DNA of 63,992 nucleotides, counting the filler, from an uncultured bacterium (lineage in GTDB: Bacteria > CAZSTA01), in NCBI GenBank assembly GCA_964609495.1. It is 4 parts of 4 records of this genome, joined end to end, with 100 filler letters (N's around TTAATTAATTAA, not from the genome) between each part and the next. Parts side by side here need not be neighbours in the genome. Positions count along the whole stretch, not along the records: positions 1 to 18,141 come from CAZSTA010000061.1; positions 18,242 to 36,164 come from CAZSTA010000062.1; 2 more parts are not named here. One strand, 5' to 3'. Of this stretch, positions 10,123 to 19,632 are shown piece after piece. The notes under the pieces are model-generated. The model ran no database searches. It saw nothing but the letters and a program-made list of their open reading frames with translations, and was not told the origin of the DNA. Numbering within the stretch: position 1 is the first letter of the stretch; every line of letters begins with the position of its first letter. Made by a program: the position numbers and the translations under genes.

Positions 10123-11163
10123 ATGTCGCTACCAGAAGTTTATATAAGACTAGCGGAACGATATGATGATGTTACTAAATTTCGCACTCTGCCTTATATC
10201 CTTCAGATGATGGTAACGGAGGAGAGAGCGGGGATTCTACTGGAGTTACCTGGCACTATCGAGGAGATAGCTCAGAAGTTGGATAAAGATCGCTCCGAGG
10301 TCAGGGAAGTGTTAGAGACAAGCTTCAAGCGAGGTTTATTGATTCGCACTAAGCTAGCAGGAGAAGGGTATGAATATGCGCTTGTGGATAGTTATATAGA
10401 CGCGATTATGTGTGATAAAAGGAACAACGAGTTGGGTGAGGAATTTCTTGAGCTATGGAGAAGATTCTCTGAAGAGGATAGATCAAGAGCCCCTACTCCT
10501 TCAGAACAGCCTATAAGCAGAATAATCCCTATCCAAAAGACAGTCCATATCGGAGATCAGATACTCCCCTATGAGAGGGTTTCAGAGATAATTGAGAAGA
10601 GCGAATATCGGGTAGCTATGCAGTGTGCTTGTCGCACTCGATCGGGGTTATGTGATTATCCTCGCGAGGATATCTGTCTCATCTTTAATAAGGCGGCGAA
10701 GATGTTTATCGATCGGGGTGCGGGAAGGGAGATATCAAAAGAGGAAGCCCTTGAGATATTGAATAAAGCCGAGGAATTAGGACTGATTCATACTACCGGA
10801 GGAGACAGGCTATCCGACTCGCCTACGGGGGTGGAATTTATCTGCAACTGTTGCACCTGTTGCTGTGGTTTACTAGAGCCTTACTTCAGATCGGGGAAGA
10901 AGTTGAAGGTGGGAAGAAGCTATCGGGCTAGAATAGATCAGGAGCTTTGTATAGGTTGTGGTGAGTGTCAAGATAGATGCCACTTTGGAGCGATTAAAGC
11001 GGATGGTGATCGCTTCGAGATCGATGAGGCTGAATGTATGGGATGTGGGCTATGTGCCTATAGCTGTCCTCAAGAAGCGATAACTCTCTTCCGCCTGGAA
11101 GATCCCTATATTCCTCCCAAAGTTGATCGTCAGCTCTTCAGTCCGAGAGGCAAAGCCCAATAA
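10123..11163 (+). CDS. 4Fe-4S dicluster protein with N-terminal HTH-like region
   Basis: CACR, ICNCCTCCC, and two CxxCxxCxxxC ferredoxin motifs. Confidence 0.8.
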   Translation: MSLPEVYIRLAERYDDVTKFRTLPYILQMMVTEERAGILLELPGTIEEIAQKLDKDRSEVREVLETSFKRGLLIRTKLAGEGYEYALVDSYIDAIMCDKRNNELGEEFLELWRRFSEEDRSRAPTPSEQPISRIIPIQKTVHIGDQILPYERVSEIIEKSEYRVAMQCACRTRSGLCDYPREDICLIFNKAAKMFIDRGAGREISKEEALEILNKAEELGLIHTTGGDRLSDSPTGVEFICNCCTCCCGLLEPYFRSGKKLKVGRSYRARIDQELCIGCGECQDRCHFGAIKADGDRFEIDEAECMGCGLCAYSCPQEAITLFRLEDPYIPPKVDRQLFSPRGKAQ

Positions 11164-11178
11164 ATCACTTTCGGGGGC

Positions 11179-11207
11179 TTGACATTTTAGGGGAAAAAGG
11201 GTAATAT
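11179..11207 (+). promoter_or_regulatory. sigma70-type promoter
   Basis: TTGACA-N17-TAATAT. Confidence 0.55.
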
Positions 11208-11277
11208 ATTAGACGATAATAAATCATCGAGATGAAGCGGTTATCAAGGGAAAATTAAAATAGGAGGTTCGATAAAA

Positions 11278-12435
11278 TTGGTAAAGAGAATCGCGGTGTT
11301 GACCGGAGGAGGTCACATTAGTTCCTTCCACGCTGGAATGGCTGGTATCGTGGAGCGGGCGAATGAACTCGGTTATGAGGTTATAGGTATAGCAGATGGA
11401 TATAAGGGATTGGAAACTCAAAAACATATCCCTATGATCTCTGGAAATATTGAGCCTAAGAAGGCTGGTTCATTTCTAGGCTCTACCAGAAGCAAGGTTG
11501 ATCCAGAGAAAGCAAAGAAAACCTTCAAGGATCTCAAGATCGATGCCTTAATAATTATGGGTGGAAACGACCATATGAGCGAAGGCTCTATGCTCTTTCA
11601 AGAGGGATTAAACGTTGTTGGTTGGCCTAAGACGATGGATAATGATCTCTCGGTTACCTATTTCACTCTTGGATATGTCACCGCGGCGGAGAATGCCGCG
11701 AGGATGGTGCGAGAAGGTCATTATGATGCGATCACCAATAAGAGGGTTCATCTCATCACCCTATTCGGTAGAGATACGGACTGGGTTGTAGCGACTGCTG
11801 GCGCTTGGGGATTAGCGGATGTCGTTGTCCCTGGAGAGAAATATGTCCCTGGTGAAGATGAGGAGAGGTATAATGTCGAGACCATCTTTAACAAAGTGGA
11901 TACCGCTTTTAAAGAGAACAAGAAGAGGTTCGGAAGAGGGTTCGCGGTTGTTGCGGTGGCTGAGGGCGCGGATATCGATGGGCTGGAAAGCCATGTAAGA
12001 AGCGATGAATATGATGCTCACGGGAATATCAAGATCGAGCCTATAAAGTTGGCTTTGGTATTGAAGGATGCCTTTAGACAAGAGAATCTAGGGGGGAAGA
12101 AGTATCCCATAGCGATAAATGCCGCTTCTTATGAGTTGAGGAACTGCGCTCCCGTTGAACTGGATGAGAAATTCGCTATATTAGCTGGACGCAGGTGTGT
12201 TGATCTCATCGAGCAGGGAGATTTTGGTAACTCTGTAGTTATCACCGAGAAAGAGGGAGTGATAGACTTAGATTCTGCTCCTCTAAATGAGGTATCCGTC
12301 CAGAGATTCCTAAGGCCTATGGGCTTCATCGACTATGAGAATTTGAAGATTAGCGAGAGATTTATCAAGCACTACCAGCCAGTCTTCGGTGAGCCTCCGA
12401 AGAAGGAAGATATAGTCTATAAGAGTATGATTTAG
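11278..12435 (+). CDS. Phosphofructokinase (PfkA) family protein, atypical
   Basis: IAVLTGGG, GSFLGSTR, MGGNDH, PKTMDND, VAEG. Confidence 0.85.
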   Translation: MVKRIAVLTGGGHISSFHAGMAGIVERANELGYEVIGIADGYKGLETQKHIPMISGNIEPKKAGSFLGSTRSKVDPEKAKKTFKDLKIDALIIMGGNDHMSEGSMLFQEGLNVVGWPKTMDNDLSVTYFTLGYVTAAENAARMVREGHYDAITNKRVHLITLFGRDTDWVVATAGAWGLADVVVPGEKYVPGEDEERYNVETIFNKVDTAFKENKKRFGRGFAVVAVAEGADIDGLESHVRSDEYDAHGNIKIEPIKLALVLKDAFRQENLGGKKYPIAINAASYELRNCAPVELDEKFAILAGRRCVDLIEQGDFGNSVVITEKEGVIDLDSAPLNEVSVQRFLRPMGFIDYENLKISERFIKHYQPVFGEPPKKEDIVYKSMI

Positions 12436-12578
12436 ATGGCATCTCTTAAGTGGCGCATAAAAGTAGGAAAGTGATCTGTCATGACAGATGAAGAATTGAT
12501 CGCCTATGTGTTAGGAGACAAACAAGCCACTATATTGGGTGATTTGAAGCGCGGGGAAGAACGGCTTCTTCTAAGGAG

Positions 12579-12798
12579 GCGCTTCGTTATCTCCTAGTGG
12601 GGATAGCTTTCCTCTTGCTCAATATCTGGGTGTTCCTCAAGTTTACTCGAGTGAGTAAAAGGAGAAGGGGTGGTAGATTAGTCTTCTCAGCCCTTTTCCC
12701 TTTCGCTTTGATGTTATCCTTTATCTCTCAGAGAGTTGCTTCTTATTTCGGCCTTATCACCTCTATTTCTATCCCTTATTCTTCTTTGTGATCTACTG
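12579..12798 (+). pseudogene. C-terminal remnant of an ISH3-like (IS4 superfamily) transposase with right end
   Basis: ALRYLLVGIAFLLLNIWVFL...RRGGRLVF...F..ML resembles ISH3 C-termini; ends in CTACTG (CAGTAG on the minus strand). Confidence 0.55.
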
Positions 12799-12857
12799 AC
12801 ACTAAGTAGGGAGACTACTATCTTTGAAAAGACTAAAATAATAGAGGAGGTGAAAAT

Positions 12858-13046
12858 ATATCTTTACTTACAAGATTTATTATCATAGTCACTATTGTCG
12901 TCTCCATCACAGACGTGATCGTCTTTCTTAAAGTAAAGAAAAATCCAGAGATACTGACAGTGCCATTTGTCATCGAAGTAATTATCATCACAGTAATACC
13001 GATAGCGATTAATCTTTGGTACTGGCTTCATAAGGTTAAAAAATAG
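12858..13046 (+). CDS. Possible 62-aa two-TM membrane protein with ATA start (may be a pseudogene)
   Basis: GGAGGTGA SD, then open frame ISLLTRFIIIVTIVVSITDVIVFLKVKKNPEILTVPFVIEVIIITVIPIAINLWYWLHKVKK*. Confidence 0.4.
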   Translation: MSLLTRFIIIVTIVVSITDVIVFLKVKKNPEILTVPFVIEVIIITVIPIAINLWYWLHKVKK

Positions 13047-13299
13047 TTTAGGCTCAGAAAATATCCAAATTGATTTTTAAGGAAGTGAAAATATGCATAC
13101 AGATATGGTAGCTTATAAATTGATAGTGTTGGAAAGAATGATAAGAAAGTGGCGATAATTCCTGAGATAGAGTAAAATAGATTATAACATTTTACTTTCT
13201 TCTCGGGAAGGAATGATCGCTACTGTTAAAGCTAAAACAGCTCTTTGACACCTTGAAAGAAATTACTGAGGAAATCTTGTCGGAAAAAAGAGGACGCCC

Positions 13300-13491
13300 T
13301 TCTTCCCTTCCCCTGGTCGCTCCCTATCCGAGGAGACGGTGGCTCTATCTGCTCTCATGCTACTTCTCGCTACTATCAAAGGTTTTGGTCTATCAATCTC
13401 CTTTACCAGAAGCTTACTGCTTATCATGACCCTACTTATCGACAACTGCTCGGAGTTAGACTATCTCAGATACCCTCTCGGAGAACACTCA
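13300..13491 (+). pseudogene. Frameshifted N-terminal transposase fragment, interrupted by the downstream IS
   Basis: Reading across frameshifts gives ..PGR..ALMLLLATIKGF/WSINLLYQKL../..RQLLGVRLSQIPSRRTL, echoing the neighbour's GRP...LYRFL...CGLRKLPDRRTF. Confidence 0.45.
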
Positions 13492-14600
13492 ATAATCGAA
13501 GGTGGGGCATAAATAAGATATACCTGAGTTAGACTCTTCTGATATAATGTAGAATCATAGGGGACTCTATATCAGAGGAGGCAAAACTCTTGGTAATCTC
13601 ATCCCACCCTATAATCAAGATACTTCAACTCATTGATCTTGTCTATGTTGATAGCTCCCCAAAGAAGAGAACTAGGGGGAGACCTAAACTCTACTCTGAT
13701 TTCGTGATGTTAAAATGCTTTGTAGTTAGAACTCTAAAGAGGATAACTACTATGCGGGGTCTATACCGCTTCCTTGAAGCTAATCCCACTATCAGAGCCT
13801 CCTGTGGCTTGAGAAAACTACCTGACCGAAGAACCTTTTGATCGTCGCTATAAGCAATTTGCTTCTTCAACTGAAGTTCAATTGAGAAACCTAGGCTTAA
13901 CACTCATCCTCGAGGGAGTAGCTGATCCCCAGATAGTCGCAACTGATAGCTCCCTCATCGAAGCTGATGGTCCCGTCTGGCATCAGAAGCAGAAGAAAGA
14001 GGGGATAATCCCGGCTGGTTTACGAAACCTAGATAAAGAAGCCGAATGGGGAATACTCCCACTATCACAAATGGGTATATGGTTACAAAGCTCATGGTTC
14101 TTGCACCGCGTCCGGTAGTGTCCGCATCTTCACTGATGCTGCGGTGACTAAAGGTAATGCCGCAGATAATATAGTCTATGCTCAAAGGATAGAATTCATC
14201 CCTTCTCTTACTGAAGATGTGTTAGCTGATACCGGTTTTGATGATGGCAAGTTATTTCGAAGCTGTGAAGAGAGAGGTAAGCGCCTATATGTGCCCATAG
14301 AAGCTTCTGCTAGCACTTCTGCAGAGCGACTACGCTGGGTAGCTCGTTGTCAATCGGAAGATGGTAAGCGAAAGTATAAGCTGAGAGAAATAAGCATTGA
14401 ACCTCTTTTTGGTTATATCAAGGAGCTATTTGACTTAAAGAAGTTGCATGTGAAAGGCTTAGGGAATGGATCAACAGAGATCCTTTTAGCTTTTTACACC
14501 TATAATTTGATTGTCTTATACAATTATCTCGAAGGATTCTCTCTGGGGGCCGTTAAAAACATCCTTGATATCATCTGATTTTTGCCCCACCTTCAATTAT
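13492..14600 (+). mobile_element. Insertion sequence (IS982/IS5-like DDE), 1109 bp
   Basis: 23-bp TIRs ATAAT(C/T)GAAGGTGGGGCA(T/A)AAAT at 13492-13514 and 14578-14600 enclosing a transposase. Confidence 0.85.
13590..14578 (+). pseudogene. DDE transposase with two +1 frameshifts
   Basis: GRPKLYSD; ATDSS; EWG/YSHYHKWVYGYKAH; LADTGFD; YKLREISIEPLFG. Extra T near 13839 and extra A near 14052 break the frame. Confidence 0.85.
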
Positions 14601-14834
14601 ATGTCTATTGTTTCCAAGACTACAGATCTATGGAAGGCGATAAGTAAAGAAGAAGATCGGAATTGGTTGTGGTGTAATGATCGGGCTGAGCACCAAATTC
14701 CAGAACTTATAAAGCAATACTTGAGAAGGATGGATAGACCCATCTTATGATAATCATTTTATGCGCCACTTGAGAATATCACCTTAACAAAATAGCTCTT
14801 CTAACTTTGGGTAGAAGGGCTACTTCTTTTAAAT

Positions 14835-16043
14835 ATGAGAAAAATTAGTTCACTATCTAACAAATCGAACAATATCACTAAGATAGCTATTATTTATTTT
14901 TTCTCCGCTCTTTATTTCTATACCCCAATAGTTACCCTTTACTGCCGACATAGGGGCCTAAACTTTCTCCAAATCAATTCTCTTTGGGCTATTATCGTCG
15001 GAACTATGTTTTTTACTGAGGTTCCTACTGGGATTATTGCTGATAAAATAGGTAGGAAAAAATCGATTAATATATCTTTGGCATTGCAGTTACTAGGAGA
15101 GGTAATGTTCATATTTGCTAACGCTTATTGGATTTTTGTCCTTATTTCGATAATTGCAGGACTAGGATTTACCTTCGCCTCTGGTTGTGTGGAGGCTTTA
15201 ATATATGATTCTCTAAAGGAAGAAAAGAAAGAGAGGGAAATGAAAAAAGCAATGGGAATAAAAGGGGCTTCTTCTCAACTTGCATTTATTATAGCTCCTA
15301 TAGCTGGTGGATTTATTGCTTCTAATCTGGAAATTAGCGAATTTATACTAGCTATTATTCTAACCGCTATTTCGGTTGCTATGGCTCTCTTCGTAAGCTT
15401 CTCTCTTAAAGAACCAAGTATCACGTATAGACATACTGAGGGAAACCCTTTGGTCTTGCTTACTGACGGAATTAAACTGATCAAAGAAAATAAATCTCTT
15501 CAAAGAATCATGTTATTATCTTTAATTACCACTCCTTTTGTTAATTATCTTATAAATCTATATCAACCATATTTTCTGATGGCGAATGTATCAGGAGTTT
15601 GGTTGGGAATAGCTTTTTCCATAGGATCTGCAATAGCCCTCTTAGGAGAAAGATATGCTTACTTAATTGAAAAATATTTAGGCGTAAAGAAAAGTGTCTT
15701 ACTTGCCACTGGACTACCTGGCATTTTATATTTATTAATGGCTTTAGTGTTTCACCCTATATTTTCTGTTGTTATCTTCTGTTTGTTATATGGATCTACG
15801 GGTATGAAAAGACCACTCTTCTCAGATTATCAGAATATACATATTACGAGCAAGAACAGAGCAACTATCTTGTCCTTAATAAGTATGTTTTCAGGGATGT
15901 ATGTTTCCTTAATGGGCCTGATAATAGGGCGGATAGGTGATTATTCAATACCTTATGCCTTCGTGTTTATGGGAAGCATAGTTCTAATAGGTTCAGTTTT
16001 CCTAAGAATCGACGAAAGTTTTATTAAAAGTAGGATTGATTAG
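14835..16043 (+). CDS. MFS transporter
   Basis: About 12 TM helices; EVPTGIIADKIGRK (motif A); EALIYDSL; visibly AT-richer than flanks. Confidence 0.9.
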   Translation: MRKISSLSNKSNNITKIAIIYFFSALYFYTPIVTLYCRHRGLNFLQINSLWAIIVGTMFFTEVPTGIIADKIGRKKSINISLALQLLGEVMFIFANAYWIFVLISIIAGLGFTFASGCVEALIYDSLKEEKKEREMKKAMGIKGASSQLAFIIAPIAGGFIASNLEISEFILAIILTAISVAMALFVSFSLKEPSITYRHTEGNPLVLLTDGIKLIKENKSLQRIMLLSLITTPFVNYLINLYQPYFLMANVSGVWLGIAFSIGSAIALLGERYAYLIEKYLGVKKSVLLATGLPGILYLLMALVFHPIFSVVIFCLLYGSTGMKRPLFSDYQNIHITSKNRATILSLISMFSGMYVSLMGLIIGRIGDYSIPYAFVFMGSIVLIGSVFLRIDESFIKSRID

Positions 16044-16110
16044 TTTCAGATTCCTCGGAGAGTACCGAAGGACATCGTGATGAGGTGATTTGCAATCCTA
16101 ATTTTAACTC

Positions 16111-16139
16111 TTGACTAAAAATGTTTTTTGTGATACTAT
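16111..16139 (+). promoter_or_regulatory. sigma70-type promoter
   Basis: TTGACT-N17-TACTAT with extended TG. Confidence 0.6.
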
Positions 16140-16176
16140 GAGATACAAAGCATCTAAAAGTATCAAGGAAGAGAAA

Positions 16177-17916
16177 ATGCTCAGAAGTCAGCGATTAAGG
16201 AGAATAAACCGACAAGGTGATGCCCTGCGTTTAGGCACTCGCTGGTCGGTTGAGGACCTAGATAAACCCCAGGTGTTAGTCGAGAGCGTCTATGGAGATA
16301 GCCATCCGGGAAGTGTGCATCTCGATCGTTTAGTGGAAGCCGCAGTATATGGAGTATATGAGAGAGGAGCAAAGCCAGCGGTCTTCACTACAACTGATAT
16401 GTGCGATGGGATAGCTCAAGCCCATGATGGGATGAACTATTCCCTTGCCTCTCGCGATATAATCGCCTCTATGGTCGAGATCCATGCGATGTCTCATCCT
16501 CACGATGCGCTTATTTTGATCTCCAGTTGCGATAAGTCTATCCCCGCCCATCTGATGGCCGCCGCCCGAGTCGATCTTCCCGCGATTCACATCCCCGGAG
16601 GAGCTATGAAGAATGGTCCCGACTATCTCTCCTCGGAGATGTTATATGCCGAGGGGGTAAGATTTGATCGAGGAGAGGTATCTGCCCAGGAGCTGTTACG
16701 GGAACAACGTAATGCTTGTCCCTCCTGTGGCGCCTGCCAATTTATGGGAACTGCTAGCACCGATCAGATCATTTCCGAAGCATTAGGAATGGCACTGCCG
16801 GGTAGCGCTTTGATCCCCACCTCCCTAAATCAGCTCCGTTGGTCTGCTAATAATGCGGGAAAGCAGATTGTTACTCTGCTTGAGAAAGGGATAACTCCCC
16901 GTATGATCTTGATCAAGGAAGCCTTTGAGAATGCGATCGTAGTTCACGCGGCGGTAGCAGGATCGACTAACGCACTCCTTCACCTTCCCGCGATCGCTCA
17001 CGAAGTCGGAATCGACTTAGAGCCAGGGCTTTTCGATAGGATACATCGTTCGATCCCAGTGTTAGCTGATGTGAAGACTAGTGGCAAATATCCTGCCGAA
17101 TATCTCTGGTATGCTGGAGGAGTACCAGCTATTATGGAGAAACTCAAGGATCAACTCCATCTGGATGTGCTGACGGTGACAGGACAAACCCTGGGAGAGA
17201 ATCTAAAGAGGATTAAAGAAGAGGGATTCTATGAGGAGACAAGAGCTTATCTGGTCAATTACAATCTGAGGGAAGAGGATATCATAAGGACTAGGGATAA
17301 TCCTTTCAAGCCGAAGGGAGGGATCGCGGTTCTGAAGGGCAATCTGGCTCCAGAAGGAGCGGTTGTCAAGCACTCGGCGATCGTTCCTGAAATGCACATT
17401 CATACAGGTAGAGCAAGACCCTTCGATAGCGAGGAGTCAGCGATAGAGGCTCTGATCAAAGGCGAGATCAATCCGGGGGAGGTAGTGATAATCCGCTATG
17501 AGGGACCGAAGGGATCGGGGATGCCTGAGATGTTATTCGCTACGGAGATAATAGCTTCCGATCCCAAGTTGGCGACTACCACCGCGCTCATCACCGATGG
17601 AAGGTTCTCAGGGGCGACGCGAGGTCCAGCAGTGGGTCATATCTCCCCCGAGGCGGCAGATGGAGGGCCACTGGCTTTGGTGGAGGAAAACGATCTCATC
17701 AAGATAGATATTCCCAATAGATGCTTAGATATTATAGGGATAGAGGGCGAGGAGAGGCGTAAAGAGGAGATAGAGGAAATTTTAAGGAAGAGACGAAAGA
17801 GTTGGACAAGACCATCCCCTCGCTTCACCAAAGGGGTGCTTAAGCTATACAGCCAATTAGCCGCTTCCCCGATGAAGGGTGGTTATATGCGATTAGGGCA
17901 GGGAGTGAGAGATTGA
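16177..17916 (+). CDS. ilvD: Dihydroxy-acid dehydratase (IlvD/Edd family; possibly a sugar-acid dehydratase)
   Basis: CDGIAQ.HDGMNYSLASR, SCDK, CGACQFMGTAS, GSTN, GSGMPEM, TDGRFSGATRG; ATG 16177 lies downstream of the promoter and SD. Confidence 0.9.
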   Translation: MLRSQRLRRINRQGDALRLGTRWSVEDLDKPQVLVESVYGDSHPGSVHLDRLVEAAVYGVYERGAKPAVFTTTDMCDGIAQAHDGMNYSLASRDIIASMVEIHAMSHPHDALILISSCDKSIPAHLMAAARVDLPAIHIPGGAMKNGPDYLSSEMLYAEGVRFDRGEVSAQELLREQRNACPSCGACQFMGTASTDQIISEALGMALPGSALIPTSLNQLRWSANNAGKQIVTLLEKGITPRMILIKEAFENAIVVHAAVAGSTNALLHLPAIAHEVGIDLEPGLFDRIHRSIPVLADVKTSGKYPAEYLWYAGGVPAIMEKLKDQLHLDVLTVTGQTLGENLKRIKEEGFYEETRAYLVNYNLREEDIIRTRDNPFKPKGGIAVLKGNLAPEGAVVKHSAIVPEMHIHTGRARPFDSEESAIEALIKGEINPGEVVIIRYEGPKGSGMPEMLFATEIIASDPKLATTTALITDGRFSGATRGPAVGHISPEAADGGPLALVEENDLIKIDIPNRCLDIIGIEGEERRKEEIEEILRKRRKSWTRPSPRFTKGVLKLYSQLAASPMKGGYMRLGQGVRD

Positions 17917-17930
17917 ACTCATCTTAAATA

Positions 17931-18029
17931 AAGGAAACTTTTGCCGGTAACAAAACTCAAGTGTTCTGGTAACTTTCGCAGACAAAAATATATAAGGTTA
18001 GAAAGTTACCAGAATTAAAAAGTTTCCTT
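17931..18029. repeat. MITE-like element with a second copy nested inside
   Basis: Outer AAGGAAACTTTT...AAAAGTTTCCTT; inner TTCTGGTAACTTTC...GAAAGTTACCAGAA; similar to 53921-53965 and 59523-59567. Confidence 0.65.
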
Positions 18030-18031
18030 TA

Positions 18032-18141
18032 CACCCTTTCCTAATCCCTCCCGTCAAGGGAGGGGAAACTAACTCCTTTCGTGGGAGAGGTTTAGGGTGA
18101 GGGGGAAATTATATCTTGAACTCCCTAGCGAAAAAACTAAG
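18032..18141. repeat. REP-like cruciform intergenic repeat
   Basis: CCCTCCCGTCAAGGGAGGG...GTGGGAGAGGTTTAGGGTGAGGGGG, plus tail TTATATCTTGAACTCCCTAGCGAAAA also found at 2-27. Confidence 0.8.
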
Positions 18142-18241
18142 NNNNNNNNNNNNNNNNNNNNNNNNNNNNNNNNNNNNNNNNNNNNTTAATTAATTAANNN
18201 NNNNNNNNNNNNNNNNNNNNNNNNNNNNNNNNNNNNNNNNN
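18142..18241. other. Artificial contig linker
   Basis: N44-TTAATTAATTAA-N44 (stops in all six frames). Confidence 0.98.
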
Positions 18242-18466
18242 CATATATCTAAAAATTTAACACACTCTTTATATATACCAGGGTTTAGCGAAAGATCGAC
18301 GAACTTTTTGGGGCTTGACGTGCTTATTGACGAGCTTAAAAAGTATAATTTTAAGTTTGATGTGACAGTCCACTGGGAAGATAATTTTGGAAAGCCTTAT
18401 GAAAATCTATGTCAGATAGATCTACATGAATATCTCCGAATTTTAAAGTATAAAGAGAGGAGGTAA
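18242..18466 (+). CDS. Partial hypothetical protein (3' end; 5' cut by contig edge)
   Basis: Frame open from contig start: HISKNL...VHWEDNFGKPYENL...KERR*. Confidence 0.45.
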   Translation, partial: HISKNLTHSLYIPGFSERSTNFLGLDVLIDELKKYNFKFDVTVHWEDNFGKPYENLCQIDLHEYLRILKYKERR

Positions 18467-18471
18467 AACTA

Positions 18472-18558
18472 ATGAATCAGAAGATAGAAGAGCTACAAAA
18501 GGAGAACGAGGTTTTAAAGGAGATAATTGATAATTATCGCACAACAGAAGAAAAATAA
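18472..18558 (+). CDS. Possible 28-aa coiled-coil peptide
   Basis: AGGAGGT SD, then MNQKIEELQKENEVLKEIIDNYRTTEEK*. Confidence 0.3.
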   Translation: MNQKIEELQKENEVLKEIIDNYRTTEEK

Positions 18559-18701
18559 CATTAATTATTTGTATAAGCCTATTGACTTTCTATCTCATAT
18601 CTGTAATAATTTCTATTGATGGAGGGACAAGAGCCGATTATTTGTTATCACAGAATCGCTGATATGGATAACTATGGTTATCTCTCAAAGGGGATGAATA
18701 T

Positions 18702-19622
18702 ATGGGAAGGTCAGGATCAAGATTAGCCCTTAAGGTTGGATATATCTCCAGACCAAAGCCGGGGAAGGAAATTAATGAGGATAAGTGTTCATTTTTGGCT
18801 TCCAGATCCTCTGGGGATGGCTTATTTATAGTCGCTGATGGGATAGGAGGACATCGGGCGGGAGAGATCGCCAGCCAAATAGCGGTAGATGTTATAAGAA
18901 ATTATATCGTTAGTAAGCTCTTTCCTGAAGCTATAAAGAAGACCACTCCAATTATTAAGGTCAATAAATCCGTAGAGATGCTTAATGTCGAGACAGAACC
19001 ATTGGCTGAGGAAGAGAAGAAAGAAATCTCATCCGGTCGGGGGGATATATTTGAGACCGTAAAGCTAAGCCCCTCAGAGTTGGAGAGAAAAGAATTAAGG
19101 GTAGTTGTTAAAGCTATAGAAAAAGCTAATACCGCAATTTATAATTATGCTCAGAAAAACCTTGAAACTAAGGGAATGGGAAGTACAGCCACCGTTGTTC
19201 TCATTAAAGATAGGATAGCTTATATCGGCAATGTAGGAGATAGCAGAACCTACTTTATAAGCAACAATAATCAAATGCTGAGATTAACTAAAGATCATTC
19301 TTTAGTAGAAAGGCTGGTAGATATTGGGCAGTTGAGTCCTCAAGATGCTTTGGATTTTCCCCAGCGAAACGTCATATATCGTTCTCTCGGACATAATCCA
19401 GATACTCAAATCGATAATTTTATCCAACTTTTTCGTCCGGGTGACAAGTTTCTCCTCTGTTCCGACGGACTCCCCGCCACCTTGAGCGATGAGCAGATAT
19501 TAAAGATAGTATCCACTACTCCAGATCCTAGGAAGGCTTGCCAGAAGTTGTTATATATAGCTAATAAATCGGGTAGAGATGATGATTTCACGGTTATAAT
19601 AGTTGACATAACTACCAGATAA
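18702..19622 (+). CDS. PP2C-family Ser/Thr protein phosphatase (Stp1/PrpC-like)
   Basis: NED, VADGIGGH, GMGSTAT, NVGDSR, DHSLV, LCSDGL, DDFTVI. Confidence 0.92.
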   Translation: MGRSGSRLALKVGYISRPKPGKEINEDKCSFLASRSSGDGLFIVADGIGGHRAGEIASQIAVDVIRNYIVSKLFPEAIKKTTPIIKVNKSVEMLNVETEPLAEEEKKEISSGRGDIFETVKLSPSELERKELRVVVKAIEKANTAIYNYAQKNLETKGMGSTATVVLIKDRIAYIGNVGDSRTYFISNNNQMLRLTKDHSLVERLVDIGQLSPQDALDFPQRNVIYRSLGHNPDTQIDNFIQLFRPGDKFLLCSDGLPATLSDEQILKIVSTTPDPRKACQKLLYIANKSGRDDDFTVIIVDITTR

Positions 19623-19632
19623 TAAGGCTCTT

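Larger units (their letters stand above)
12444..14775. mobile_element. Decayed composite IS region bounded by a 19-bp inverted repeat
   Basis: TCTTAAGTGGCGCATAAAA (12444-12462) versus TTTTATGCGCCACTTGAGA (14757-14775), one mismatch; three transposase remnants inside. Confidence 0.55.

Noticed and set aside
13835-14055. Programmed frameshifting in the transposase
   Set aside because: Two separate single-base insertions are needed to restore the frame; decay or sequencing error is more likely.
16111-16176. ORF-track N-terminal extensions (also 126, 25164, 25240)
   Set aside because: They overlap promoter or operator sequence or lack an SD; downstream starts have SDs and family-typical N-termini.
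18142-18241. TTAATTAATTAA palindrome within N runs (also 36165-36264 and 53751-53850)
   Set aside because: Identical 100-bp artificial spacer; not biological, and no linkage was inferred across it.
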